From Trichoplax sp. H2 (lineage: Eukaryota), in NCBI GenBank assembly GCA_003344405.1, contig NOWV01000125.1, positions 1-64,000 on the forward strand: a DNA stretch of 64,000 nucleotides, read 5' to 3'. This document shows, in pieces, positions 51,301 to 64,000 of the stretch. The notes under the pieces were generated by a model, which did not search any database, was not told the DNA's origin, and saw only the letters and a list, made by a program, of their open reading frames with translations. Each line of letters begins with the position of its first letter. Positions within the stretch are counted from its first letter, which is position 1. The position numbers and the translations under genes are program-made.

Positions 51301-54300
51301 GTTTATCATCACTAATGCTAGCACATTCATCTTCTAGGCATTCAATCTTATGATTAAACTTTATATTTTCATCTTTGTATTCTTCGATTTCAGATTTCTG
51401 ATGTTGTAGCTCTTTTTTAAGAGAGTTTATCAATTGTTTAGCTTTGTTAAATTTACTTAATACTACTTCCTTCTCATTAGTTACTTCATTCAGTTTTATT
51501 TCGTACTCTTCTTGTTTCACTAATTTTTCTTGTAGAGAGTTTGTTTTTTCCACCAACAACTTATTGTTGTCAAGTTGTGCTTTTAGCTTGTCCTCGAAAT
51601 TACAAATATCTTCTTGTAATGCATCATGTCGCACACGAGTCTGTAGAAATTGTTCTTTAGTGTCAAGTAATTCATCTATAGTGGTGAAGAGCAGAACTTC
51701 CAACCGCATTACTCCAGACTCAAGTTTACCAGCTTGGTAAGTGTCCGCATGTGAATGTGTCTTTTCCTCTGTTATCTTTGAATCACTAGCATTTGCAGCT
51801 GGCAATACGTCCTCAGCAGCATCTAAATCTGCCGCAGTCTTTGCAACGGATAGAAATTGGTTGCCTTCCGTTACTGATTCATTGTCACTGGATTTGGACA
51901 CAAAGTTTGCTATCTTAACCTTGTGATTATCGAGTTTAGAAAATATTACATCGATTTTTTCCTCAGCTATTGTAATAACTTTTTGAAATATCTCCAGTTG
52001 CTGCGTTTGTTCTGATAAATGTCCTTCCAAAACAGCGATCTTTTCATCTTTTAATATGATATCATCCTTGTATTCAGTTAGTTTTTTATTTATAACTTTC
52101 AACTCATTATCAAGTACTTTTTTCTCTTCTATTATCTCACTCGTTTCAATGATTTGTTCTTTTATCTTATTGCTATCATTTTCAGCTGCTTCCAGTTGGT
52201 GGTTTAAGTAAATAATCTTGTCATCTTTTTCCTTCAACAAGTTAACATTTTCATTCAATAGTCTTTCTTTTTCTTCAAGTGCATCTTGAGCTCTCAGTAA
52301 TTCTAAATTTCCAGCTTCATTCTCCTTTGCTAAAATATTACGTTCATTTCTTAACTTAGATTTTAAGTCTTCAACTTCCGAAGTTTTCTCCTTCAATTCT
52401 ACTTTCAAGCATGTGATAATATCATCAGCTTGTGAAATCGTTTTTATCTTTTCATCAGCTTCATGTCCTAATGTAATAACTTCATACGTCTTCGCGCTTA
52501 ATTCTTTCTCTATATCCTTCAGTCGTTCCTTTAGACTTTCAATATGCTCTGTCGAATGGCGATCCCGCTCGTCTAATTCCTTGTTTACTTTACTTATTTT
52601 TACAAGTTCAGAAGATATCTTTTCAAAATCATCCCTGACACTTGGTAACTCGATATTAGCTTTCTGGTCTAGCTCAGCGAGTAAATCATTCTTTGAGCGT
52701 AATTCGACTGTTAGTAATTCTTGTTCCTTGATACTATTGAAAATGGAATTATTCCTTTCAGCTAATACTGACTCAAATTCAGCCCTTTTATCAATCAATT
52801 CTTGCTTCATGGAGGTGATCAATTCTTTCGCAGATTGAAGTTCTTCCAAAGCCTTTAATTCAGCTGTATTACTATTTTCTAACGCTTTTTTGATTTCAGA
52901 ATGTTTCTGTCGTAAAGAACTTAATTCAGATTTAGTATCACTTAGTTGCTGCTGCGTTGTGACTAATAATGATTCTTTAATGGACAAAGTATCTGTTACT
53001 TCATATTGGTAACTTGAATAACGTAATTTAACGCTTTCAAGTTCTTTTAATTGAAGGGTGAGATCATCTTCTAATGCGAAAATTCTTTCATTACGCTTTT
53101 CTAGCTGTTGTTGTAACGATGCCACTTCCTCTTCCATATCATTCAGTTGTTCAAAAAGTGATTGCATTCTTTCTGTTGACACTTTCTTTTCCATCATGTA
53201 GTTGTCTTTCAAAGAAAACAACTTATCATCAGCTTTCCTAAGGTTGATTTCTTTTTCGTCAACTGCAACACTCAGTTCATGGATAGAAATCTCATTTTTA
53301 GTTATTTCTGATTTTAACATTTCAATAGACTCTTCTTGAACTTTTACTTGGGTAGTTAAGCGTTCAATTTCAGTGTTTAAATTATTTCTTTCCGTTATAA
53401 GAACTTCAAGTTCAGATAGCTTGCCAGAATTATCTGAAGTTAGTAGAGCAATTTGGTCTGATAACGATGAAATTTTATACTCTCTTTCCTTACATGTCTC
53501 AGCCATTCTCAACAACTCATTCTCTAACTTAGTTATTACTCCTTGTTTTTCATTTACTTCCACTGTTAGTACATTTAATTTCTGCAAGTTTTGCTCAAAT
53601 TTTTCTTTTAAAGCACATAAACTTTGATTGGATGTATCTAATTCCAATCTTAACTCTACTAATACTCCCGAGTTGCTATCATTGTCATGCTTTAAAGAGT
53701 CTATCTCACAATTAAGTTCTTGCTTTGATAATACCAACTTATTGATTTCATCCTCGCAAACATTAATACGTTGTTTCCGCGCATTCAATTCGGTTAGTCT
53801 TTCCTCGGCTAGAGTTTTTAAATCGCGAACCAGTTTTGAATTTTCATCATTTAAGTTGTCGGCGGATGCTAGACTACTGTGCAAAGTTGAGATGATGCTA
53901 TCTTTCTCAGACACAATTAAAATTTTATCATTCAATTCATTTTCTAGAAGGTTGAATTTTTCTTTCATGGATGATAAATCAGATCTTACTACTGACTCTT
54001 GCTGATTAATTCTCTCATGTTCTCGTAGTAACTGATCAATACGCGACTTCTGTTCAACCTCTACTTCTCCTAATTTCTCTATTTTCCGTTCTAAAATAAT
54101 TTTCTCTTGATAATTGCTATCTATGACATCATTTAATCTTTTTACTTCAGTACATTGCTTTTCGATATCATTTTTATATTCCTTTGATTTTTCTTCCAAT
54201 TCACAGATATATTCATTTTTGTCTAAAAGCTCTCTTGATAATTCGGATAGTTCATGCTTATAGTTATCAGCTTCTGTCTTAAATTTGTTTTGTTTTAGAT

Positions 54301-57300
54301 TTATATCTTTCCTTACGTTTGTCAATAAAGTATTAACATTTTCGTAATTAAGTCGGAGACTCTCAGCATCTTGTTCAACATCGAAAATCTTCTGTCGCAA
54401 CTGAGATATTGTCGTGTCTTTCAGATTCATCTCTTCCTTAAATTTATTCCTTTCCGCAACAATTTCATCTTTCGTCTTGATAATTGATTCTATCTTGCTG
54501 CTACTATCTTCACTAAGAGAATCAATCTGTACTTGAAATGCCTTAATTTCTAAATTTTTGTCTTCGATCTCTTGACTTAATTCGTTTATTTCAGCAGTTT
54601 TCTGTTTTAAGGAGCCCTGCAATCGTTGAATTATGCTGTCTTTATCCACACTTGCAGCTTCAAGCGCTTCTAATTTAATTGTAATTTCCTTTAGTTGAAC
54701 TTGTAATTCTTCACCTTTTTCAACAGATGATTTTAGTTCATGCTTTAACTGTTTCACCGAGTCTTCCTTTGTTTTCATTACATCAGCAAGTATGTCGTTT
54801 TTTTCGCTCAAATTTTTTTCCAATGAAGCAATTATAAGACTTTTTTCGTCCAACGATTTATCCATTTTAGTTTGCAATTCATTGAGTTGGCACTTTAATA
54901 AGCCAGATTCGGCGAAAGATTCTTCAATAGAACACTGCAATTTCTCGCAATCGCCTTCCTTTACTTGAAGGGCTTCTGTTATCTGAACCACTAAGCTATC
55001 TTTCGATTCTAATAATTGATGTAAATTCGAAATTTCACTTTCTTTTTCCTCATTCTGATCGCATAAATCTAATACAGCCTGTTCTTTTTCAGCAATTTTC
55101 TGCTGGTAATCTTGAATAGCTAACTCACTTTCAGCAAGGGCAGTATTTCCACTTTGTAACTGATCATTAATTGAATTGACTGTTAGAGTTAATTCTTCGA
55201 TTACGTTATCCTTTTGTATTAATTTCTCTTCGCACTCTTGCAATCTTTGCTCAAGTTGATAACGACGATCTTTGGAGCTCTCTATATCTAACCGTGACGA
55301 TGCTAACTGACTGTCGAGATTATTCTTTGCTTCGTAAAGAGAATTTATTTCCTCCTTTAACTTATCTCTTTCGTTTGATAAAGCCCTCAAACTTTCCTCT
55401 AAATTACGATTTTTTTCCTCCAACATACTAATCTTATCTGTTAAGAGATGATTACAAGATTCTGCACCGGCTATACTTTGCTTATAGCTGGAGATAGCGC
55501 TAGATAATTCCTTAATTGTTGCAAGTCCTTGATTTCGTTCGTCAATAAGTGATCTTACTTTTATATTCCAATCATCCAGCTTTCGAGAGTCTAGATCTTT
55601 TTCATATTCTAATTCGGAAACTTTTTCCTTTAATTTAGACATCTCTTCTTGATAACCCAATAATCTCTCATCAAGAAGTGTTAAACTACTTTTAGCCTTC
55701 TGAAATTGACTTTCTAAAGATGTCTTATTTGATTCAATATTTTGTAGTTTACTATCTCGTTCAATCAGTAGCATTTTTGTTTCTTCATAATTATTCTTAA
55801 TATTATCCATCTCCGCCGCAATCGCTATATTTTTCTTTTTATATGCTTCGTTTTCAGCTGATAATTTATCTAGCGCTTCGTCAGTTGACACTATCTTAGC
55901 TTTTGCGTCTTGTAGACTATTTTGTGAAGTTTCTATATTCCCCTTTAAATCATCGCGTTCAGCACAAAGTTCATTGTACTTTTGTTGCAGGATCATTTTA
56001 TCGTCATAATTTTTTGAAAGATCGCCCTGAATATTATCTAATCGAGAACGATTATCTCGATACTCTGTATCAAGTGAGTGATAAGAGCGCTCAAGATTTT
56101 CATATTTATTTTCTAATAATGATAAATTAGAATTTACTCTCCTGCGTTCTTCTTGTTCTTGCAATAAAATGTCTTGGTGTTGCTGGAGTTGTTGCTTAAG
56201 ATTTTGATTACCTTCAACTAAGGCGTTATTTTCCCTAACAAAATACTCGTATTCATCTTTAAGTCGTTCATTTTCATCAATGGCATTATCCCTCTGCTCT
56301 TGCATCAACATTAAGGAATTATTCCACTCGTTTATATCGGATGCAGTTATTTGTTCATTTGGATTTGTAGAGAATTCATTTTGCAAACTTTCAATTTCCT
56401 CTCTTAATTGAGTAACTTGTGATCTAAGAAACAAATTTTCTTCTAGAGCAGCACTTCTTTCTTCAGTAACTTCATCCAGTTGACCAGTAATTTCAACAAT
56501 TTTACTGCTAAATTCACGAATTATGGCATCTGCTGTAGCATCAAAATAAAGTGAATCTTCACGTGATTTTGTTTTTAAATTCATATCATCATCTTCTTCT
56601 TTCGTACTATCACCACGATCTTTAGATATTAAAGTATCATGAAGTTTAGATAATTCTGTAACTAATCGCTTTCGTTCATCTTCGCTATTTACTAAATTAT
56701 CAGTAATTTCGTGATTGGCCAATTCTAAATCAGCTATTTTCTGTTTCAATCCTTCAAATTCCGAATTAATGTCGTTTTCATCGTTCGCTGATTTTGCTAA
56801 ACTACTAGTAACCTTTTCATTTTCAGACTGTAAATCTTTAATTTTATTTTGTAGCTCTTCGTTCTATAAATATTGAGAATGTATTAGCTAAAATTTTTCC
56901 AACGTCATTTTATGGTATTAATATTATAACTTACTTTTGATTTCGCTTGTGCTCGGAGCTTGATAAACTTCGCATTACCCCTTTTAACTTCTAATTCTAA
57001 TTCTGCAATTTTTTCTTTAAACGTTAATATGTCAGCATTATCTTTCGTACCGTCGTTAATATTTTCAGGCTGATCTATAATAAATATATGATCCATAGAT
57101 TTATTAGCTTGAAAGGTATGCTTCCAGCTTGATACTACTATACGGAAAGTATTTTCTATACCATTATTTTTTGAATTGGAGGTCGAATTATCCGCTTCCA
57201 TCTTACTCATCTTCATATCATTTAGTTCTTTCTGTAGCATTTCAATGATTTTATCTTTAGCATTAAGCATTTCAGACAATTCAACAGTTCGATCTTCAAG

Positions 57301-60300
57301 TTGCTTGGCTAGTCTTAGTTGATCCTCAATCATTTCGGACTTTCCTATCTCTTGTCTGAAAAGCTGTAACGCTTCGTCTTTAGCTTTAATTAAATTCTCC
57401 TTTTCCTCCAATTCTTCATTAAATCGTCGTTGTTTTTCATGCAAAGTCGCTTCTAAGTCTGCTAATTCATTTCGAAAAGTATCTTCGCTGGCTTGCATCT
57501 AAATTTAGCAAAATTGAATTTAAATTTTTTATTCAGTTTTATAAGTGTTACATAACTCGCGATATACAACACTAGTTGGCAGCAACCTAGAGCGTTAAAT
57601 GCTAGAGTGCGGTAGAGAACTTAGGCTATAATTAGCATTTGTTTCAATTAATGATTGATATACCTTACTAAGTACCATATTGTATGCTTCAGTTTTATCT
57701 TCTACTTCTTTTTTAAGGAGCCCAATAACGTCTAAAAGTTCCTTCGTTGAACTGTCTTTCTTTATACTTTCTTCTCGTAAATTTTCTATTAGTTCAAAAT
57801 TTGCTGTGATTGCCTATTATGGGCGATAAATAAAGTAAAAATAATCGCCTCAAAGTTGTTGCAACTAAGTTTCAATATGAAATATCATAGCAAAAGCAAT
57901 ACAGTATAAAATTGCTAAATCACCTCTTCTTTTTCGGAAAGTAGCTGCTCAGCAGCAGATAACTGCTCTCCTACATCAGCGACACGCATTGTGCGATCAG
58001 ATAATAGCGTTGCCACCTCTTCAAGCCTAAGATCCTTTTCATGGATTGATTGCTCCAGCCCAGATACCCTTGATTCTAGAGTCCGATATTCTGTTTCTGC
58101 GCAACGAACGGACATCGGCATTTGGTACTTAGTAATTCAACTAATTTATGTTAAACGAGTATATGTCTATGGACATAAGCCGGGAGTAAAATAATACATT
58201 TAAGGATATTTAGAAAAAGTACCTTTCGATAATAGCTGATCCCTTAATTCAAGAATGGTATTTTCGTTGTTAACTTTAGTATCGGTATCAATTTTTACTC
58301 CCTGTCCTTGAGATTGCATCTCATTTTGCTTCTTTCTTTTCTCTAACATTTTTTGTTTCAAATTTGCAAACATTTTACCTTGGCCGCTAGTATTGCTATC
58401 ATTCTGCATTGTCTTATCAGATTCTTTACCATTTGGATCAGTATTTGCGCTCTAAAATAAATAGTTAAAAATCTTACATCATTAACGTGAGATATTTGTT
58501 ACTGAAAGCAATGACATATTCATAGCATATAACTGTAATTGATAATAAATAATTAATGGTAAAACAGCAGTAATAATTATGAACTGACATCATCATTCGG
58601 TAGCTTTTCCTTAAGCTTTGTTAGCTCGTTATTTAATCGAGTAATTTTCGCCTTTGCTTGCAGTGTTACAGTCTTAAGTTTTTCTTCACGGCTCTGGAGT
58701 ACAAAAAAGTAATGCCATTACCATTTTAAACTACTAAGAATTCTTAATATCCGTAAATTTTTATCCATCCTATTTTAGCTTTGACTACATATAGGTAACT
58801 ACCTCAAGAGTTTTATCTCGCTCTCGTATTATGTTTTTTAACTGCTCAATTTCTTGCTTGTAATATTCTTCATTCGGCTCCGAGATAGCTAATGCTACAT
58901 CCTGGAAATTCTGTGACGGTAGCTAAGAAAAGATATTGTATAAGTAATAAATGCATTACATTAACATTATCGGCAAAAAATTTTAATACCAATCGATCAA
59001 ATTGAATACTTCTACACAGTATTTTTCATATTGAAATAATCATAGTAAATAATTACTGTTGTATTCCTGATGAGAGATTTCTAAGGGACGTTTAGCCATT
59101 AAAGTTAGATATCAGGATATATTATATTGCATACAGAAATTTTAAGTTATGTTTTGACGACCGTTGAATTGGATAAAATTTGTCGGTAGAATTCTAACAT
59201 ACTGTATATATAGCAATATATCCTGGTTAATTGAGCTCGTTAGAGTCTAATTTTTACTGCGTTTGAATGGTAAATTTAGCTAAAGGTAACTATTGAGACG
59301 AAAACTATAACAATGTATACTGTTGATTTAACGTGCCTCACAGATAAAGCATTCATTGAGGGAGCCGCCGTAAATAAGCGCACACATATTGCGCCGTGTT
59401 ACTAACACCAACAAAGTATAATCTGTATTTCTTGACGAACACTAAGGTGTTGTATACATAATTCTATAAAATTATCGAAATTCTAAACACCATTGATTGT
59501 TTATATTCGTAATCATGATAGCGGCGATATTACGATATGGTCCAATTTGATAAAATCAATTAAGTTTGAGATCTTAAAAGCATAGATTTGAGATAACTAG
59601 ACAAAGAGAGGCTGAATTTAAAAAATAAGCGACGTAAATAGCTTAGCGTCATCATTTATTCGACTGAATTTTTGAGCATTTCTACGATAAATACATCTCT
59701 TTGCTCGATTATTACGGTCCATTTATGGATACGGTACCACATTATCTAATTGAATCTATTGAGCTTATAATATTTTAAAAGAGCGTCTGATTTATCATGT
59801 TTCAAATAAATTCTGTAGTTATATAAGGATAATCAGTCTGTAATATACGGCCGGTACATAGTTTCAAAAATAAAGTGATGATTATTATGCATTAAGCATT
59901 TTTTATGTACGCGTATGTGTGCGATTGTCCGGTATTCATCTAAGTTCTGTATTGTAGTATACGAACTAGTGTACACTATATTACTAAAACTATATTGCTA
60001 AAACTTGAGTCATGTAGATATTACTCGTAGGTGTTTAATTATCAGATATCTAATTCAGATTAAGTGTATGATGATTGAGATTTTGTATAGGAGTTTTATA
60101 TTCTAGCATGAGTCAATGCACAGTATCCAATTTTACTAACAATCCATAAAATTACGTCGAATTTTTAAGTAATAATTTATCATAACGTATATCTAGTATA
60201 GAAGACTGTCCTTAAAAAGTGTTCAACTATCCGATTTCATAAGCTCGAAGATATAATAGAAAATAATATTATGTACCTTAAATATTTATGCATAGGTACT

Positions 60301-61093
60301 GGATCAGAATGGAAGTCATAACTAATTAGCTTACACCAAGCAAAGGCCTTGGGATTGCTTTACTACAAGTGCATGACTATCCGATCTCATCTGGGTTGTG
60401 TATGATACTACGTCAAAGTTGTATCTTGTAATATTATACTGCCTAGTACAAGAAATTCAGTTTTTCACCCATCAAGCACAGAATAAGGGACTGACGTAAT
60501 TACATATGATTCAATCAACATGAGTAATATCTATTTATTAATAGTACAATATCAATGACAATAACTTCTCGTTCATTCATTGCTTAGTTTGATTTTTGAT
60601 TTTATTCCAAGCAAATACACGATCAAGCAAGATGATGGACTACAAAACGAGTAGAGAGACTAATCTTTTGAATTACAGTATCGTATTATCTAGACTACAT
60701 AATATCATCAATCATGAGACTTTGAAGTATTCGCAAACTATGACATCAAGCATCATCGTATGACTTGTTTAAGTCATTGCAATAAGTACAACTTACTGGA
60801 TCTATTCCAACCTGTTTTAGTATTTATCCTTCATTGCTTTCACTAAGACTATAGTACTGATCGTCAGTTTAAACTCATGTTGTAGTTAAGTAGTCATCTG
60901 AATAAGAAGACTATTCCAGCTATCCAACTAGTTATCTTATCCTATACAGTATCTATCCGTCTACCTTTTGCGGCGTACTGGCCATATGAGCACCAGACTC
61001 GATATCCGCTAGAGACGAATTATCAGGAGGACGAGTATAATCTTCCACAATCCCACGAGCATTTTTAGCAGCTTCACTAATTCGATTCCACAT
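45355..61093 (-). CDS. GOLGB1: Giant coiled-coil tail-anchored golgin, giantin/golgin B1-like
   Basis: First coding exon 61093-60965 (MWNRISEAAKNARGIVED..), then 58922-58803 (EQLKNIIRERDKTL), 58693-58589 (KLKTVTLQAKAKITRLN, resembling the giantin N-terminal motif), 58451-58223, 58096-57924, 57813-57676, two exons within 57498-56935, giant exon 56863-46811, several small exons 46740-45569, and last exon 45466-45355 encoding RIWVVIYFALLHVALISLF, the Y-x-x-x-(L/I)-H TMD of giantin/golgin-84/CASP. Gene symbol is inferred from motifs. Confidence 0.75.
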
Positions 61094-61510
61094 CTTGTAC
61101 TACGCTTAGCTAATCTATATCATGGAGAATTATGGTAAAGAAAGAAGAATCGCAGACTTAATTCATAGTACGATTGATTACGTTGATTCACAGTCATTAA
61201 TAATTACTATTCATAATAATATCCAGTTATGGTAAGTACGCTTACCTACGATTGAACACGCGTACCAACACGTCAAGAACTTGAGCGACTTTTTAGGCCT
61301 ATCCACCCATATGATTTAGTCAAGCGTTGTAGTAAAATAGAATTCAATCAACACTCACTCGTGGTGCTATCAATTCTAATCAAACTAGGCGTGGAGACGA
61401 CTAAATTTCAAGAATATTTTAAAGACGTTATAAGCTTGTTAATGAATAAATGACGAGAATATTTTCATCCAGTTAGGACAGAGTCCCTTGACCTGCGGCC
61501 ATTTACTACG

Positions 61511-62410
61511 TGGCCACTGGTGTTGTTCAAGCAGTACTTTACGCTACTATCCACTGTCCACTGCCCACTGTACACTGTACGTACAGAGACCACACAGTGT
61601 ACAGTACTTTACACTCGTCATTTATGCAGTACTTTGCATCCTACACTGTACAGTGAAGTTCTGGCAAGAGAGAAAGAGAGAAGGACATCTACGATACGGT
61701 AGGGTCTTGGACTGTCTACTGTGCAGACGGACAGACTGGCTACTAGAAAGACACCGACAACCAGCGGCAAGGCCATTGGAAATTTCCAATCGGACTCCAA
61801 ATAAAAAGAGATCGATGGGGCTGTGCCTCAGAACATACCTACGCCTCAAGTCTAAAAGTAGTGTGTAATGGAGTCTCTTCTAGTTGGCTGCTAAGTAGCC
61901 ACCGGTGTTGTTCAAGCAGTACTTTACACTACTATCCACTGTCCACTGCCCACTGTACACTGTACAGAGACCACACAGTGTACAGTACTTTACACTCGTC
62001 ATTTATGCAGTACTTTGCATCCTACACTGTACTGTACAGTGAAGTTCTGGCAAGAGAGAAAGAGAGACGGACATCTACGATACGGTAGGGTCTTGGACTG
62101 TCTACTGTGCAGACAGACAGACTGGCTACTAGAAAGACACCGACAACCAGCGGCAAGGCCATTGGAAATTTCCAATCGGACTCCAAATAAAAAGAGATCG
62201 ATGGCGCTGTGCCTCAGAACATACCTACGCCTCAAGTCTAAAAGTAGTGTGTGTAATGGAGTCTCTTCTACAGTAGTTGGCTGTTAAGTGGCCACCGGTG
62301 TTGTTCAAGCAGTACTTTACACTACTATCCACTGTCCACTGCCCACTGTACACTGTACAGAGACCACACAGTGTACAGTACTTTACACTCGTCATTTATG
62401 CAGTACTTTA
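61511..62410. repeat. Near-identical tandem repeat, ~2.3 copies of 385-393 bp, in the golgin/LARP6 divergent intergenic region
   Basis: GCCAC.GGTGTTGTTCAAGCAGTACTTTAC starts at 61513, 61898 and 62291; copies differ by a few SNPs and small indels. Confidence 0.95.
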
Positions 62411-62804
62411 AGTGGGACATAGAAATGGACATGTTTGCTAATGACTGTAGTCTATCCATGACTACGCACAAATTAATGTGACATCGTTGACAGAATGTAG
62501 AAATTGATCATTGGTGTCACTGCATCTGTTCTAGCCAATACTGTATCCATACTCTACCATAGTTGCACGTCGAGTAAGCGTAGCACCCGGTCGGTATGAT
62601 GTCTTTTCCAAGTTTGATTAGTTGATTTAATTAAATGGTTTACATGGCTGTTTACTCATTCCTTGAAATTCTATTTATGTTCTTGCCGTTGTAGGCTTGT
62701 TGATAGCTTCTCGTTGGCCGTTGAGCAAGTTAGTGTAGGCAACGTCAAAAGTAGACTCAAAATCAACCTCCCCCCCCCCAAAAAAAAACAATCATTAAAG
62801 CACA

Positions 62805-64000
62805 ATGAGCGTGGATAATTTTGGTAACGACTCGGTTGATGAGTTAATCAGCGATATGGAACTACTATCGGCTGAAATGGATAAATCGATTCAATCCGAT
62901 GATAAAAGTGGTGCAGACAGTGGAGGAGAAGGGAGTGAATTGACCAATACAAATAGCGGTAGACAAATGCAACTAACACCTGAATTGCGTGATCGAATTA
63001 TCGAACGTATCGAATTCTATTTTAGTAACGAATATTTGATGGGAAATTCTTTTTTAACCAAGCACATTAAAAAAAATCGTGAAGGTTATGTTAGTATAAC
63101 CTTGATCACCTCATTTAAAAAAGTCAAATGTCTCACGCGTGATTGGAATATTGTTGCCGAGGCGTTAAAATATTCCCAAAAGTTAGAAGTAAATCAAGAA
63201 GGGAAAAAAGTCAAGCGTAAAGATCCATTACCCGAATACTTAAAAATTGCTGCCGAAAATAAAGGCATTAAAACAGTGGTAGCCTACAATTTACCACCCA
63301 AATATAGTAATATTAGCGGAGTAAGCAATTTATTCTCAACTTATGGTGAGATTTTGTTGGCAAGAATTATTCGACCCAATGATAACATCCCCGACGATTT
63401 AAAACCTGCTAAAGCTTATCATTCACAATTAGGGCAAGAAACTTGCGCCTTTGTTGAATTTGATAAGCCTGAACACGCATTGCGATGTATCGAAGGCCTA
63501 ACTCAAGCGGATAGGCAAGATTTGGATGGAATTGGTGTTACTTTATTAAACTTAAAAATAAAACAATCAACTCTTGATAAAATTAAGGAAATGGAAGCTA
63601 AAGCCAAAAGTGATTCAGCCTCACAAGATGAGAAAGAGAAAAAATCCAAACGAAAAAAGAAGAAAAATAAACGACTGGATGAATTGCTCAATGTTCGTGA
63701 TGACGTTAGCACATGCAGTTCTGACGATGCTGAAGGTGCACCAAGACGAAGAAGTGCTCCAATTCCTATAGGTAAGAACCTCCATTTGAAGGTTATTTCC
63801 AAATTGCCCTACGTTGTTCGACAGTATTTCTCCATTGTTCCCGCATATTGCGCCGTACATGCATCTAAAGTAATAAATGTTACGCTTTCAAAAGAGTTCA
63901 ACAAAGTTTCTTTACTAGCAGACGATCTGAACGATAAAATTCTTTTCCTTGAACTTGATCCTTATTCCGATTTCAATAAGATAATCAACGTCAAATTTCT
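62805..64000 (+). CDS. LARP6: La-related protein 6 (Acheron)-like, 3' end outside the window
   Basis: ORF from ATG 62805 is open to the window edge (hence absent from the ORF track). La motif IEFYFSNEYL..FLTKHIKKNREGYVSITLITSFKKVKCLT..LEVNQEGKKVKR; RRM KTVVAYNLP..FSTYGEI..RIIRP..CAFVEFD; basic KKSKRKKKKNKR. Probable donor at 63772. Confidence 0.88.
   Translation, partial: MSVDNFGNDSVDELISDMELLSAEMDKSIQSDDKSGADSGGEGSELTNTNSGRQMQLTPELRDRIIERIEFYFSNEYLMGNSFLTKHIKKNREGYVSITLITSFKKVKCLTRDWNIVAEALKYSQKLEVNQEGKKVKRKDPLPEYLKIAAENKGIKTVVAYNLPPKYSNISGVSNLFSTYGEILLARIIRPNDNIPDDLKPAKAYHSQLGQETCAFVEFDKPEHALRCIEGLTQADRQDLDGIGVTLLNLKIKQSTLDKIKEMEAKAKSDSASQDEKEKKSKRKKKKNKRLDELLNVRDDVSTCSSDDAEGAPRRRSAPIPIGKNLHLKVISKLPYVVRQYFSIVPAYCAVHASKVINVTLSKEFNKVSLLADDLNDKILFLELDPYSDFNKIINVKF

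Noticed and set aside
48852-56130. Many plus-strand Ser/Leu/Phe-rich ORFs
   Set aside because: Antisense shadows of the Glu/Lys-rich golgin exon.
61488-62287. Duplicated 60-126-aa ORFs on both strands; CRISPR-like or transposon interpretation
   Set aside because: They arise from the tandem repeat, whose indels break the frames; no unique spacers, transposase or terminal repeats.
63503-63860. Short ORFs overlapping LARP6
   Set aside because: Antisense or alternative-frame shadows of the LARP6 coding sequence.

Overview
AT-rich, intron-containing animal genomic DNA; the compact introns and gene content suggest a placozoan such as Trichoplax (inference only). From left to right: (1) the 3' end of an EGF-repeat gene; (2) a secreted D8C(uromodulin-type)/EGF modular protein ending in a fibrinogen-C-like domain; (3) a related secreted SP-EGF-D8C-EGF4-Ig3-LamG-EGF2-LamG protein with a perlecan-like tail; (4) a 3.3-kb uninterrupted minus-strand ORF that fuses an IDO-like heme-dioxygenase domain, an FNR-type FAD/NAD(P)H reductase and a cytochrome b5 domain; (5) RPL10A, head-to-head with that ORF across a long fold-back element and a TACAGT-rich tract; (6) a kringle-EGF3-ZP-TM protein; (7) a giantin/GOLGB1-like tail-anchored golgin with a 10-kb exon and four exactly 738-nt-spaced internal repeats; (8) a ~390-bp tandem repeat in a second divergent promoter; (9) LARP6, running off the window. 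The IDO-reductase-b5 fusion is the standout: a candidate self-sufficient heme enzyme and horizontal-transfer candidate. Exon boundaries were read by eye from GT/AG sites and frame continuity; domain calls rest on recognised motifs, not on searches.
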